DNA of 64,000 nucleotides from NCBI RefSeq assembly GCF_006345805.1, contig NC_042998.1:158286001-158350000 (forward strand). Direction: 5' to 3'. The notes below the pieces were generated by a model, which saw only the letters and a list, made by a program, of their open reading frames with translations, was not told the DNA's origin and made no database searches. This DNA is from Octopus sinensis (lineage: Eukaryota). This document shows positions 12,738-27,135 of this stretch, piece after piece. The position numbers and the translations under genes are program-made. Each line of letters begins with the position of its first letter. Positions within the stretch are counted from its first letter, which is position 1.

Positions 12738-13617
12738 CGACGTGGTATCAAAAAGCTCCCGGACTAGTTATGGTTAATGAAATATAACTTATTTGCCTAA
12801 GTTTTAATATTATTTCCTTCAAAATAGTCACCTTGCGCAGCAGTACGGTGTTCCTAACGTTCCTGTCACTTTTGAAATCTGGCCTGAAAATCGTTTTCCG
12901 TAAGCGTTTTCCTACGGCGATTCGGTCTTGATCTCAGCAACGGTGATAAAACGGCGACCTTTGAGCTGCATTTTCATCTTGGGGAACAGATGGAAGTCCA
13001 CAGGTGCTAAATCTGGTGAATAGGGCGAGTGCAGAAGCGATAATATGTTGCTTTAGACAAAAAACTCACGAGGGAAGAGATCTCGGTAACTGGGTGCGTT
13101 GTCGTCGTGAAAAATCCAATTCTTTGCGGACATTATGATTGCCTGCAGGTACCCATGTGACAGACCAACAACATCAGCAATGTCATTGATTGTCCTCCGA
13201 TGACCATCATACACAAGTTAGTGTTTTTTTGTACCACATTTCCGTGGGTGACGCTCGTGGCTGGTCTTCCAGATCACTCATCGTCTTCCAGGGACGCTCT
13301 TCTGCTTCTGAAGCGCCCGTGCCACTCGAAACACTGCGTACAACCCATTGCCTCGTCGCCGTAGCTTGCCAAAGCATACTCAATATCTCTGTAGCAGACT
13401 TCCCAAGTTTAACGCAAAATTTCAAGTTGGCCCTTCGTTTCAACTTCCCGTAAATGACAAATATCGCAGACTACAGCATACACGTGATCACTAAAACACA
13501 AATTTCGGCACACTGCCTCATGAAGGTCACTGCTAACTCGCACTGCGCACACAACCGTGAGCTGCCATCAGTTGGTGCGCTACAGAACTAGTCCAAGAGC
13601 TTTGTGATACTACCTCG
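12738..13617 (-). mobile_element. Internally deleted mariner transposon (880 bp) with TIRs and TA target duplication
   Basis: About 33-bp TIRs (cgacgtggtatcaaaaagctcccggactagtt / aactagtccaagagctttgtgatactacctcg) flanked by TA. Minus strand encodes RANLKFCVKLGKSATE, WIFHDDNAP and HSPYSPDLAPVDFHLFPKMK, with frameshifts. Confidence 0.93.
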
Positions 13618-13692
13618 TATATCTATATTTATTTCTATATTTATATCTAAATCTATATAATATATCTATATCTATACCAATATCTATATGCA

Positions 13693-14020
13693 GTGAAGGC
13701 GCATGGCTCAGTGGTTAGAGCGTCGAGCTTACGATCGTGAGGTTATGAGAGTTGAATCCCAGACCGGGCTGTGTGTTGTGTTCTTGAGCAAGACACTTGC
13801 TCCAGTTCACACAGCTGTAGAAATGAGTTGCGACGTCACAGGTGCCAAGCTGTATCTGCTGTTGCTTTCCCCTTGGATAACACTGGTGGCGTGGAGAGGG
13901 GAGGTCGGTATGCATGGGTGACTGCTGGTCTTCCATGAACAAGCTTGCCCGGACTTGTGCCTGGGAGAGTAACTTTCTAGGTGCAATCCCATGGTCAGTC
14001 ATGACCAAAGGAGATCTCAG
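13693..14020 (+). mobile_element. tRNA-derived SINE family C (degenerate copy at about 19420-19640)
   Basis: Head GAAGGCGCATGGCTCAGTGGTTAGAGCGTCGAGCTTACGATCGTGAGGTT...GTTGAATCCC with A/B boxes, followed by a tRNA-unrelated body. Confidence 0.8.
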
Positions 14021-16842
14021 CGTGTGTGTGTGAATAAAGAGAGAGGGAGAGGGAGAGAGAGAGAGAGAGAGAAAGAGATGCATACATATGAATATATATG
14101 TATGACTATCCCTGTGTCCGTTCCCTTTCCTCTGCTTGACAGCTGTTGTTGGTTTGTTTGTGCCCTTCTAAATCAGTGGTTCCACTATAAAGATCGATGA
14201 AATAAATACCAATGTAATATAAATACTAATAATATAAATATTGGGATCGATTTGTCCGACTAAAACTCTTCAAAGCAATGTCCCGCATGACTGAAATGAA
14301 TGAAACAAGAAAAAAGGCGAAATATATCTATATGTGCATTTGTATGTGCGTGTGAATAAATTTGTATTTATTCAAATCCCATCTAGTTTATTTGGTCTGT
14401 CTCCTAGACGCACGTATAGTTCCAGTAAGATGCACACGCATATTCAAAGACACACCCCACTGCATATATGCACACATAAGAGCCAAACTTCAAATTCTGC
14501 TGGGAACGTGGGAAGCATTTTTGCACTTTCTTTTATCTCTAACCATTCCCAGAGAGAACAAAAGCAGGAGCCAAATCTGATCTTACATGTGTCATCAAGT
14601 CTCTTTTTTTTATATGAATCACATGCATCTAGGAAATAGAGACAGCAGAAGCAGCAGAAGCAGCAGTAGCAGTAGCAGTAGTAGTAGTGGTGGTTTAGGG
14701 TAGTGAGAATGATGCTTGTAGTAGTAGCAGCAGCAGCAGCAGTTGCAGTAGTAGTAGTAGTAGTAGTAGTATGCTCATTCTTTGTGGGGTTCGGTCTTGT
14801 TTTCTGGATATTGATTTATATACATATATGTGTGCGTGTGTGTTTGTGTGTGTGTGCGTGTGCGTGTTTGTGTGTGTGTGTGTGTGTATGTATGTGTGTA
14901 TTGTGATGTCGTGTTTTCGGTGGTGTGTAGCATGGGATATGCAGATTGGTATGTCTATGTGTATCTGGATATATGTATGTGCTGTTTGGGAAGTGATTGT
15001 GCTATTTTTTCGTTCATTTATTTCAATGTGTGCGTGTGTTAACGTGTGGGTCCGTGTATGTATAGTATACATTTTCACAAGCTAAAAACAGCAAGTACTA
15101 TAATAACAATAAATATATATAAACGAAAAAAGTACAAGGTCTCAATAACAGCTGAGAAGAAGAAACAACAAATACATTGCAATAAGATATAGAATGGTTT
15201 GATCCCGAGATATCAGGTAAAGCGTTTGCACGGCACAGTTCATTGGACTTGAGATAAACATAGTAACAATTCATGCGGTAATAAATAGCATTCATGTATT
15301 ACAGAAATAAGTATCAGGTTTCAATGAATTTCCTTTTTTCTGTTCTCACTCAGTTTCATACGATGCACAGCAATGAGGCAATGATAGAACATTGTTGCAA
15401 TGATTGATGGGAGATGACAGAAAATTATAAAACTCGCACAGGCACACACATACAAATACACACACGTGCACACACACCTAAAGATTTGAAGTATATAACA
15501 GAAAACTGCGTCCAATCACGCATCTTTGCCAAAGTTTAAGTTCTTTGTGCCTTTGCCAAAAATAAATAAATAAATAAATAAAAATCGAAGTATTGCTGAG
15601 TAGGTACAACGCTGGGCAATATATTTAGTGACGCTCGTTGTTTAGCTGTTACTAAACATCATGAGTTCAAATCCCATATTGGTTGGCTTTTTCTCTCATC
15701 CTTCTGTCCAGGATGGACAGTACCAGTAATAAATCAGTTTGGTTGAATCAACTGTATAAGCCATCAAAGTAGATTATAGCAGATGCAAAGAGTAAAACGA
15801 GTTAAGAGTCGGGAAAATTTCCTGTGACGTACTTACTCAATCAACTTTATCATCCTATCCCAAAATATAAAAATCGATATTTACTTAAACCAACTGCAAA
15901 CTGAAACCTACAACAGGTTTTATTTTCTAGTTAAAACAAACCCCGTTAAATCTTTCGAGACATGCACAAATGACACAGTATCCTATTATCAGTATAGACC
16001 TATTATACTTTCTAAAAACTGACCTTTTTTTTTTTCTATTTAATTTTATTTTTTAATATTTTAGTTAAACTGTCGTAGCGGGACGGCAGTGAACCCAATC
16101 CATCATTCAGTTCACTGATATTTATGCTTCATTTCCTTAAGTAACTGTCTTCATATTATCTATATCTTCGAGAACACATATAAGCACCGGAAAGCTGTGT
16201 TAGAGGTCACTGTTTCGAATCCTATTATAAATTCTGTAGTATGTCTATGTCTGAAACAGTTAACCTGCAATGATCCATTTTAACTAATAGAAATAAGGAA
16301 AGCACTACAGAGCGACATATGTTATCATTCTAGGCCTCTCTATAGAACTGATGGATGCTTTGTGTGTGTGTGATTACATTGCTCTGGCCTTTCATATATC
16401 CACATGTGAGGTAAATCGCAAAACGAAGATGAATTCTCTCATCAAAAACCTAAATGTTACCACTACATTTCCAATCTCTAACAAAACTACCAGTAAATAC
16501 TCACTTGCTCCCTACATCCACCAATCCCATTGTTGTTGTTGCGGTTACTGTTGTTCATTAAAGCCAGTGGTTCCTAAATCTTTTATTTGAATGAGTTTTC
16601 CCACGGATCCCTTTTAATATGCTTATCCTTTATATATATATATATATATATATACTAAGCAATTAAGGGTTTAGCAACGAATTGCCTTACCACACACCGA
16701 ATTTAGAAATAGCAGTCAAAGAGATTATAGCTATTTCTTCTACTAAAAGGGAGATCACAGTAAAGACACAGCATTTGAAAGGCAAACACAAACAGGTGAG
16801 AGAGAATGAATTAACGGCAATCTATCATACAGTTTTAAGTCA

Positions 16843-16934
16843 CCTACGGACGTACGTTTCGAGATCAAGTCTTAGGAAAGCATAAGAATTAGATAACTCT
16901 ACCTTACCCAGACTTCTTCTTTCATCAGCGCAGG
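16843..16934 (-). ncRNA. Canonical-core type I hammerhead ribozyme with long helix II
   Basis: Reverse complement cctgcg-CTGATGA-aagaagaagtct...agacttgatctc-GAAAC-GTAC-GTC-cgtagg: 6-bp stem I, palindromic helix III ACGTACGT, GUC triplet. Confidence 0.85.
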
Positions 16935-17227
16935 ATACAAACAATCATGAATGATTGAATATTGAATTTTGAGATACTAGAAGGCACCAACTCAACTCAG
17001 TATCAGAGCGAGCTAGAAGCCACAGCTAGTATCACCAAATTCAAAGTATGAATGAAAGCTTGTGTCACCAGTCCCTTCCCACCCGCGTGTAGCCAAGACA
17101 AATTGCTTAGTATTACTTAAATTTTCCTCGAATGAGGCTTTTACATGCCGAAGACTACTTGGTGTAATTGATAATTATTCCAAATTAATTAATTTCACCC
17201 TTCATTGTTACTCATATATATATATAT

Positions 17228-17283
<56 letters not shown>

Positions 17284-17433
17284 TGAAATTTTGAATTTAG
17301 TTCACGGGCCCCATGCTGGGAACTACTGGTTTAAGCAAATACCCAACGTTTAGGTCTGATTCGTTACACTTACAGCACGATGGTTGGAAGTAATTGATCA
17401 TTTATAGTTATGATACTGGATTAGGACTAAACT

Positions 17434-17464
<31 letters not shown>

Positions 17465-20400
17465 GCAAATAAATAAATAAAAGGCTAAATCAACTTTGCG
17501 GATTCAAATTCAGAACAATGTTATATCGAACGAATTAACATAGGACATGTTTGATTAAACGGATGATAGGATTGATATTTCATGTTATCGCCTCCTCATC
17601 CGCCTCCTCCTCCTCTTCCTTCTCCTCCGTTTTCTATATTTTTCTTTACTTCTCTTACTCTCCTTCTTTCTCCATCTCTGTACACACACACATACACATA
17701 CACACACAAACACACACACAAATAAAAAAACACAAAGGATAAAAGGATGCATACATTGAATGGAGAGGGGTACAGTGAGATAAAATATAACGATATTCCC
17801 ACTAGAAAATATACGGAAAAGGAAATATTACAACAAAATAAAGAGAAGGAAATAAAAAAGAAACTATCTGATGTAAACAGAATATTGCATCTAGCGACCT
17901 TTACTTTAAATGGATAAGGTTGATGAGTGATTCAATTAAATTGTTATAACTCAGTAATTGAATGATAAGTGGTTTGTTAGTAACTTGATAAGACACTGCT
18001 CTAACTCTGAGTGGGAAATATATTGGCAACAGTAAATTTTTCTAGTGTTGTTCACTTTGATTTGTGGTTATTGCAATCTATTAGGTGATGATATAGTTGA
18101 AAATATGTGTAGTAGTGAGGCAGAAATAATAGAGCGTCAGACCGAATTGATTAAATATTAAGTGGACGAGCTGACTGTATCTTAAGTCTCTCTTCGTGAC
18201 TTGTAGGAGGGAGCACGGTATCCTCAAGCCAGGATCCTGCACTGAATGCTTGCAACATTGTGGACTTCGCTAAAGGTAATGTTAAACGGGGCAATAAATT
18301 AAGTCTGCAACCAAACGAGAAGTTTTGTTAAAGCTTTAGAGGTGATATTTCTTGTCCGAACATCTGCAGTGCAGCTATGCGGGAACCACTAGAACGGACT
18401 TGGCACTATAAGTTTTGGATGTATTTTTGGAGGGACGATGACTTGAGATAAAGCATTTATCGTCGATATTCCATATCTGAATTCTTTTGCCGAAAGAATT
18501 ATTGATTATAGTTAATTACATAAATTTATATCATTAAATTCCTGAAAGTCACAACCTTATTCCCTCCTTTGTTATAAAATCTAAGCTGTGCACTTTATGT
18601 TAAGAATATATAATTTAGCTGTGAAATGAAAACTCGCGTATTAAAATTCAAGTATTTGGAAACTCAGTAAGATATTAAGAATTTTTTAAAGTTTCGTCAC
18701 AGCTCGTTTAACTCCACCGCCGTAATGCTAACCAAAGGAACAAGCTTCTCTTTGTCAGATGGAATATACTTCATTGTACAAATAGGTATGAGCAAAACGG
18801 ATAGAAATATTGATTCTAAATTTTGTCACAGTTCGACTGGTACTTATTTTATCGACCCCGAAAGGATGAAAGGCAAAATCGACCACGACAGAATTTGAAC
18901 TCAGAACGTGAGGACCGACTAAATGTCTCCATAAGCACCAGTTGAACACTGGGGTCGATGTAATCGACTGACTCCTTCCCCGAAAATACTGGCCTTGTGT
19001 TAAAATTTGAAGACAATATTAATTTGACTGAAAATATATTGAAGTCGATGAAATGGACAGTACCTGCAGTAATGGTAGAGTTATGATTAAATGTATCACA
19101 ATACTTAAACATAACAGGAGTTTGCACACATGTAAATCTTCCCTTATCAGATCATTGTGCATTCTCAGTTATACAAAGTATATTTTAAAAACTATTTTTA
19201 TCTTATCTTCTACGCAAAGATACGCTTACCTTAATACTATTTCATTAAGGTGATTTTCAGTGTGTAATCCTATTATTCAAGTTTATATGAATATTGAACA
19301 ATTCCTCCTTTAAGATTGATTGCATTCTAGTGATATATTCTCTAGTCCTTTGTGGAAATTGATCTATTTGAATATCTATGGCCGTTATTATATGTTCCTT
19401 CTATCTTCTGTCGTGAAGGTTAGTATCTTGCGAGGCCATGGTTTCGATTCCTGAAGTGGGTAGTGCGTTGTGTTCTTAAGCAAAACACATCATTTTACAT
19501 TATTCCAGTTCACTCAGCTATAAGTAAGTAACCCTGTAACGGACCGGCGTCCCATTCAGAGGAATGCTGTGACCTTGTTCATTTGTACGCAATGGAAATC
19601 ATATAATCAGCCCTATGAATCGTCGAACTCGAGTCCACTTACTTTCATCCTCTGTCATTAATTTGTTAAAGATTTCCAGTAAAACTCACCAAAATACGTA
19701 GTAGTCTCTCTTTATGAAAAAAAGTTTGTAATTCTAACTTCATGAAAACTATGGTTTCTACATGAAAAAAAATCTACATAAACGAGAACACATATGGAAA
19801 CAAATCCAGAAAATGTATCATAGCTATAATGGTCAATATTTCTTTCATTCTAGTTTACTTTTTAATTTATTTTGCCTTTTTTAATTATTGATATTATCTC
19901 AGATTTGTGTTCGGAATTAAACTGAGAATGAAAGGAAATTGAGCCGCAAAGTATGACAACGTTTGAATAGTTTTGTTCAAAACTTTGGTTGATGACTGCT
20001 TTTAAAATGTCATTGTTTATTATGTCTTTGTCAGTTCCCGTACTTCCTTGCGGTTATATCTACTGATTATATGAATAAAAATACATATATTTGTCTAGTT
20101 GAGTATCTCAGAGACAGAGAGCAGGGGCGATAGATTCTTTTATATTATTTATCAAATATGTATATATTCGAGAATATGGAGCCATGGTGTTTTAATCAAA
20201 CTATACTCTAAATATGGATTGTGTCTGCTAGTTGAAATACGTCAGTAAATATTTATAACTTATATGACAAAAATATATACGGAGTAGGCTGAAGGGTGAA
20301 ACCAATATTGCACACACTTGCATAGATACACATATACATTTATGCATACTTACATAAACTTACTGGGGAAATTGCTAACAAGATTAGTTCAAAGCCCTTA

Positions 20401-21274
20401 TGTGATATATAAACAGCGACTACGAGTCGAGAAGCCTGGGGAAAGCGAGCAAAAAGTAGGTCAATAAGTTATCATTAGTAGACACGAACAAAGTAAGCAG
20501 ATTTTTCTTTTTCCTTTTTTTCTTTTTCTGCAGTTTTTAATTAATACAAATTCGTCTCAGTTTTTTAGCAAAGTGTGTTGCGCAATGGAACATACAAAGT
20601 AAGCAGCTGAAAGGGGATTCTGCTATCCGACTTTCAACTGACAACTTATAGTCATTCAAAGTGATAAATATATTTTGCAGCTCAGGGTACGGGGACTGCT
20701 CACAGAAGAAAGAAGCAAATTTCTTCCACATAGAATTCACCATCGGGTTTCGATTCTCAACTGCTACCGTTTCACTTATTTTACTTAGTGTATCAGACAA
20801 AAACGGCTTTAAAGTTAAGTAGCCTTGATATATATGATGAGCCATTGTGCCAACATAAGATTGTTGGTTCGAGACGAGACTCGTATTTGAGAGAGGTAAA
20901 TAAACGAAGCATCAAATACACCACAAAATGCTTGTATTCGGGTTGAACTGAACTTCAAAAGTAATTTCACCCGCAGAAAATCAAAGCAGGCCTTGTAGCC
21001 GACATGCGAGCCTGAACAGGCCTACGACGGACCTGCGACGGACAGCTAACGACGATACAATATGCTAATGAATAACTCATTAATTTCTGATTTAATACCT
21101 ATAATCAGAGATACACATGAGTACATGTTCAAACTGCTTCAGTTGGCCTATCTGCATGTAACTGTAACAGAAAATCATCGGTGGAACTGCAAATGAATTA
21201 GATATTAATAAACTGAATAGTGTCGTAATTTTATTACTGGACCAAACTATATCAAAATTATATATATATATATT

Positions 21275-21429
21275 TGTAATATGTGACAATTATTCGGTAG
21301 CCATGATAAAACACCGAGTTTTATCTGACCATCGGCCAGATAACTGAAGAGATAGCGGCGTGGATTTCCACCTCGGCATCCGAATCTCGGAGTTTTATCA
21401 TGACTACCGAATAATTGTCACATATTACA
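21275..21429. repeat. 155-bp fold-back element with about 44-bp inverted arms
   Basis: tgtaatatgtgacaattattcggtagccatgataaaacaccgag pairs with ctcggagttttatcatgactaccgaataattgtcacatattaca. Confidence 0.75.
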
Positions 21430-21553
21430 TTTACAAATAAATTCCTCTATTTACATAATATCGAGGTCGCTTTTATTCTTTTGTTGTCTTACCATTTTTA
21501 TCAATATATATATATATATATCTGTGTGTGTGCGCGTGTATGTGTGTGTGTAT

Positions 21554-21587
<34 letters not shown>

Positions 21588-21883
21588 TCAGCCCCTATAT
21601 ATATAGGGGGTGAATAAAGGTAGATTACATGAAAAATACTGTTTTATGTACTCTCCTGTATTAAATACCAAACACAAAGGCGCAAACAAATGTAATAAAT
21701 ATTTTTATAAAAATCAAAGAGTATAGCGGAAAAAAAAGCGAGATATAAATGTTTTGTTTTATAAAACGTCAGAGGTGATTAATTTCTAACGTATTTTCTT
21801 CATAAAATTATACATATTTACCTATAAAGAAAATGCAATATACAAACACTCTGGGCAGTATACAATCTACTATAAAATGCGGG

Positions 21884-21999
<116 letters not shown>

Positions 22000-22559
22000 T
22001 ATATATATATATAGAGAGAGAGAGAGGTGAGGAAAGAGTTCGATAAATTAAATACCAGTAAAACACTGGGGTCGAGTTAATCGACCAGTCCGCTCCCCTC
22101 AATTTGAGGCCTTGTGCCTTTTGTAGAAATAATTATTATATGGTCAAAAATGAGGCGGCGAGGTGACAGAATCATTAGCACGCCGGGAAAAATGCTTAGT
22201 GACATTTCGTCCGTCTTTACGTTATGTGTTCAAATTCCTCCAAAGGCGACTTTGTTTTTCATCCTTTCAATGCTGATAAGATAAAAACCAGCTAAGCACT
22301 GGGGTCGATATAATTGACTTGTCCCTTTTCCCTTTGTGTCAATATCTGAAACCATTATATAGGCTAAAACCCATTAGTGGCAGAGGTAGAGAAACGCTTA
22401 CCCAATTAGGTATGGTGAACTTATACCTGTCTATATCGAACTTTTTTTTTCATAAGTGACTAGACTTCGGTAGGGCCAACAATAAAATAGAGATGGAGAT
22501 ATAGTCATTATCCTGTACGTCGGAAAATAACCACACTTACAAACGAACTGACCTGAAAG

Positions 22560-23190
22560 GTTCCCTTGTAGCTATTTGGGTTTTTGTAAGTACTGATATA
22601 CGTGTCCTCATTAGCTACTTCACCTTGAATTTACAAAATAAGAAGTTCTTCAGAGAAGATGCGTTGGCAATACCAACAAAAACGAAGGGCTTTTCGATAG
22701 GTTTTGGAAAGATATAATCTATACTCTTCGGCTTAAGGTTGCAATAGAAGCCAACCTGAAAATGGTTAATTTCCCTGACGTGACCTTAAACTTATAAACT
22801 TTTTTTAGGGAAACCGAACGTGAGCCTGATATAATTTAATACAGCTTCCGGTCGTCCGGTCAGTGTTCAGAAACATGATTTGAGGGGTAAGCAAAAGAAT
22901 CTACAAGCTGCCATCCAGCAAAGAGAATTTCGACTCTGCAGCCTGATATAATAACTCGGACCTGAATGGCAGCGCATTTAAGGATAAGGTAAGTTATATG
23001 CTGCTCCAACCCCATCAAGAGAAAATGCCACAGGAAAGTTTTGTGGTTTTCACTCACTTCTCACTGGACGTAAGATCTGTTGTAGGTATGATCTTTCCGG
23101 GTTTGGTTGATAGACATTTCCCTTAAATGCATAAGTACCTTAAGAGTTTCTTTTAATTTACACCTAGAAAAAAATAAAATATTAGTATAT
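22560..23190 (+). pseudogene. Penelope-like retroelement RT/thumb/linker fragment (Naiad-like)
   Basis: Decayed frames give FFREDALAI (YRDDGLAI-like), IEANLKMVNFPDVTLNL, GVSKRIYKLPSSKENFDSAA, RKVLWF and LVDRHFP. Confidence 0.7.
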
Positions 23191-23229
23191 TCCCATATCT
23201 GAACCTAAAGTAGACTACTCATATAGAAG

Positions 23230-23988
23230 TTATACTGCATGTCCACCAATGCAACACAAGGACTGTTGTATATGAGGTGTAAGAGATAACTTCTGCAAGC
23301 TAAGGACAATGAGAACCGCTTGACGAAAGAAAAGAAGCTGCAGGACAAGTTGAGGCATCCTGTTGACCAGGGAATGATTTGTTCATTCGCAGATAAAAAT
23401 ATTTCCAACGGGACTAGTTGCACAACACTCAGAACAATGGGTGGCTTGCCCACAATCCATGTTATGTCCCATACACAATGAAAATTAAGTTTCTCCAAAT
23501 TGTTATCCTCCTTGGGAGTGTGTCCAGTGAGAGAAACATCATAGCACCCTACAAACATGTTTGAACAGGTCCCAAGGCTCAATTCAACCAGCTATGTGAA
23601 GCTGCTGGAAGTGGTTGTCGGAAAATTTCTGCTCTTCCAGATCCGATTTCTGACCTCCTGATCCTCTTCATTGTAATCCCATGGATTACTATGTGTGGGA
23701 TGCAGTTGAGAAAGACACCAACAGTTCTTCCCGCAATATCAATACCGAGCTGATGGCCAAGATCATGGAGGTGTTCGAAGGTCTTCCGAGGGAGACAGTG
23801 AGGAACGCATGAGCCAGGTTTGGTGCCGTCTTGAGGTCGTGATGGAAGCTGGGAGTGGCTACTATGATTAAACTATAATCTTCCGATTATAATGTAGCTG
23901 ATATTTCAAAAATACTTTTATTTTTGGAGTGGATATTTTGTTTTCTTTCACATTTATGCAAACCGTCAAATTTAACTCGAACACCCTG
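23230..23988 (+). mobile_element. Mariner-like (DD37D/maT-type) transposase fragment with 3' terminus
   Basis: HNTQNNGWLAHNPCYVPYTMKIKF..VSSE and CNPMDYYVWDAVEKDTN...LPRETVRNA; terminus aactcgaacaccctg followed by TA. Confidence 0.8.
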
Positions 23989-24018
23989 TACAGATATAGA
24001 TTATATATATTATATGCG

Positions 24019-24096
<78 letters not shown>

Positions 24097-24978
24097 CACA
24101 AACACATGTATCATATAAATGTATATTTGCATGGACTGTTAGAAACAGCAGCCAAATCTCAACTCAACCTGTACAATGTAGTTTTTTAAAAAGCAAGGAC
24201 ACGTTGCATACAAAAATTCAGAGTAACTTCTTCAGAACTACTTTGAGGCTAAATAACAATGAAGTTTTGGGCAGTTGTTCGACCTACTTGACATAGCAAC
24301 CGTAACTAATAGCAAATGACCAGAATCGTTAATGTGCCGGACAGTATGCCTTATTTGCTTCGATTCTCTGCATATGTGCTGAAATCCCGTCGAAGCCGAA
24401 TTGCATTTCATCTTTTGTGAGTTGATGAAGAGATACCAAACCAAGGCAATGCATGTTACAATGTTAGTGAATTTCTTTTGGGAGGGTAAACTTTTGCACA
24501 ACACTGAACTTCATAAGTGCAGGAACGAAATTTGCATAATGATTGAACAATCAGGTTCAACCTAGTTTGTTCAAGCATTTTCATTGACACCTTAAAACTT
24601 TGTGGGGTTCACTTGCTCTCCCCTGCACACCCTATTCCCGAGCCTATGCTGAACTCAGATTTCAGTGAAAGCAACTATAAAACAGTTGCACAAGAGAGGT
24701 TGAGGTGACCGGAAACCGACTGCACATCAGTTTTCTTCATACGAGTTTACCTTCTTTTAGAAGGAAGTTCTAAACGAGAACTGGGGGTCCTTTACTCCAA
24801 GTGGTTCACATGCTAGTTAGCCTATAGCTGGGACCCTAAGAGATGCTACTATTCCGGGTCAGAGAAGACATTGGAACAATAGTGGCTAAGAGGTGATTCC
24901 AACCTTCTCAAAATATGGAACTCCCGTACCAAGGCCCCATAAACGAATGAAGTTTAAAGTCTTACCCAGGAAATATAC

Positions 24979-25009
<31 letters not shown>

Positions 25010-25489
25010 CACACATACACCGACTATTGTAGGGAGACAAGTAGGCTAGTAAATATATCGAATATTGCAATCGGCTGATTGATATTCGTAGATTTCCCCT
25101 AAATAACAGGGAGGAACTTTCTGGCCAAAACACGACTAACTGAGACTGAAGTTTAACAAGTAAGCAAAGATAAAATGCCTCAGCCATAATTCCAGACAGA
25201 ACTTGCAGCTTTTGTCGCAGAAATCAAAACTTTACTCTTTAGGCTGATATAGTCTTGTCATTGTTGTACAGCTGAAGATACGTGAGTAAAATAACAACCA
25301 GTAGATAAAACACTCTCTATAACCTTTTATCAAAGTTAAACTAATCTGGCTATATGTATCAGATGTAAAGAAAAGTGTATATACCTCTACTTATGTATGA
25401 GTATATATGCGGGAGTGTGTATGTAAGTGTGTTTTGGTTTGCACGCGTGTATACCACATAAATTTACATTTATACTTATGTGTATATAA

Positions 25490-25548
<59 letters not shown>

Positions 25549-25609
25549 TAGATAGATGGATAGATAGATATATACACACATACTTATATACGTATATAGA
25601 TATATATCC

Positions 25610-25656
<47 letters not shown>

Positions 25657-25782
25657 GATATGTATGCATGTATGTAAACTTACATATACTTATATGTATC
25701 TATCTATCTGTATATATATATGTATATATATATGTATCTACCTATCTGTCTATCTACCTATCTACCTATGTATGTATGTATG

Positions 25783-25823
<41 letters not shown>

Positions 25824-25834
25824 CTCTCTCTCTC

Positions 25835-25891
<57 letters not shown>

Positions 25892-26000
25892 AGAGAGAGA
25901 GGGAGAGAAAAGCAGGAGAAGAAAAACAGACATACAAAAATGATATATTAGTATATATTTCTTTGTAATATACGTTAGGTATGAATGAATGTATGTACAG

Positions 26001-26048
<48 letters not shown>

Positions 26049-26266
26049 GCATAGATTTGGTTGTAAGTATGTTTATATTGAATATATATAAATATATATA
26101 TATATATGTATGTATGTATGTATATATACATATACATGTTCAAGTAATCGCACACGTACTTTACTGCATCCTTTCTCAATCAACTGCTTATACATACATA
26201 CATACATACGTACATACATACATACATACGTACATACATACATACATACATACATACATACATACA

Positions 26267-26300
<34 letters not shown>

Positions 26301-26610
26301 CATACATACATGGTTACATACATAAAAAAATACGTAACTTGTAAAACAACAAGTATAAAAAGTAAAATGATGGATACAAGAAACGAAAATGAATACAATG
26401 GAAATGAAAGCGAAGACACAACAACAACAAAAAGTAAAAATTTGAAAGATTGAAATAGAATTGCGTTTTGTGGTGCAAATCAGCGTTGATGATAAGAATA
26501 AATTTAAATGTTTTTAAATACCGCCATTTTTCTTTCCCTTCACATAAACATACATAAGCGCGCATGCTTATTATGCATCTGTGTGTGTATTATGTACACA
26601 TGTGTGTGTA

Positions 26611-26660
<50 letters not shown>

Positions 26661-27135
26661 TACATACACAAATATACATTATGTAAGTATGCGTGTGTGT
26701 GTGTGTGTGTGTATTCACTCATAGCAGGATGAGTTACTCCGCTCAGTTTTACTCCTCAATCGTATATTAAAACAAATTGATTTCCTTTTTAATGAAAACA
26801 TTACCCTTCGGTTTTTTTCTGGATATTGCTGTAGATATCGTACTATCAATATCCTGCTATTTGATACTAAAAATTGGAGCCAGTTTCTGTACAAAGACTC
26901 TTATGCAGTTTTTTTTTTTTTTTTGAGATAATATTTCAAATCTCAGCCGAGCCCTCTAAATCTTCTCGCAGTTGAGTTATAATTTTAGGAAACATCTTTT
27001 TGTCAACTCTGTTCGATGTAGGTTGATAATACGAAGTATCAGACCACCGCAAATGAAAAGATTTCGAGAAAATACTTTGTAATTTTCTCAAGGTTTTCTG
27101 ACTGATTACTCTGGTTGAATTATATACAATACTAA

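Noticed and set aside
13693-13765. tRNA genes at SINE heads (also 9822, 36470, 48814, 58160)
   Set aside because: A/B-box-like sequences are present but acceptor stems are absent or poor; most continue into SINE bodies, and the 58160 copy does not fold as a tRNA.
17118-17160. HHR-like CGAATGA-GGC/GCC-GAAGAC (also weak motifs near 5950, 20290, 25290 and 45190)
   Set aside because: Two or more core violations and no convincing helix III or stem I.
17950-18430. Possible decayed PLE RT/GIY-YIG on the minus strand
   Set aside because: Many stops and no diagnostic motif recovered with confidence.
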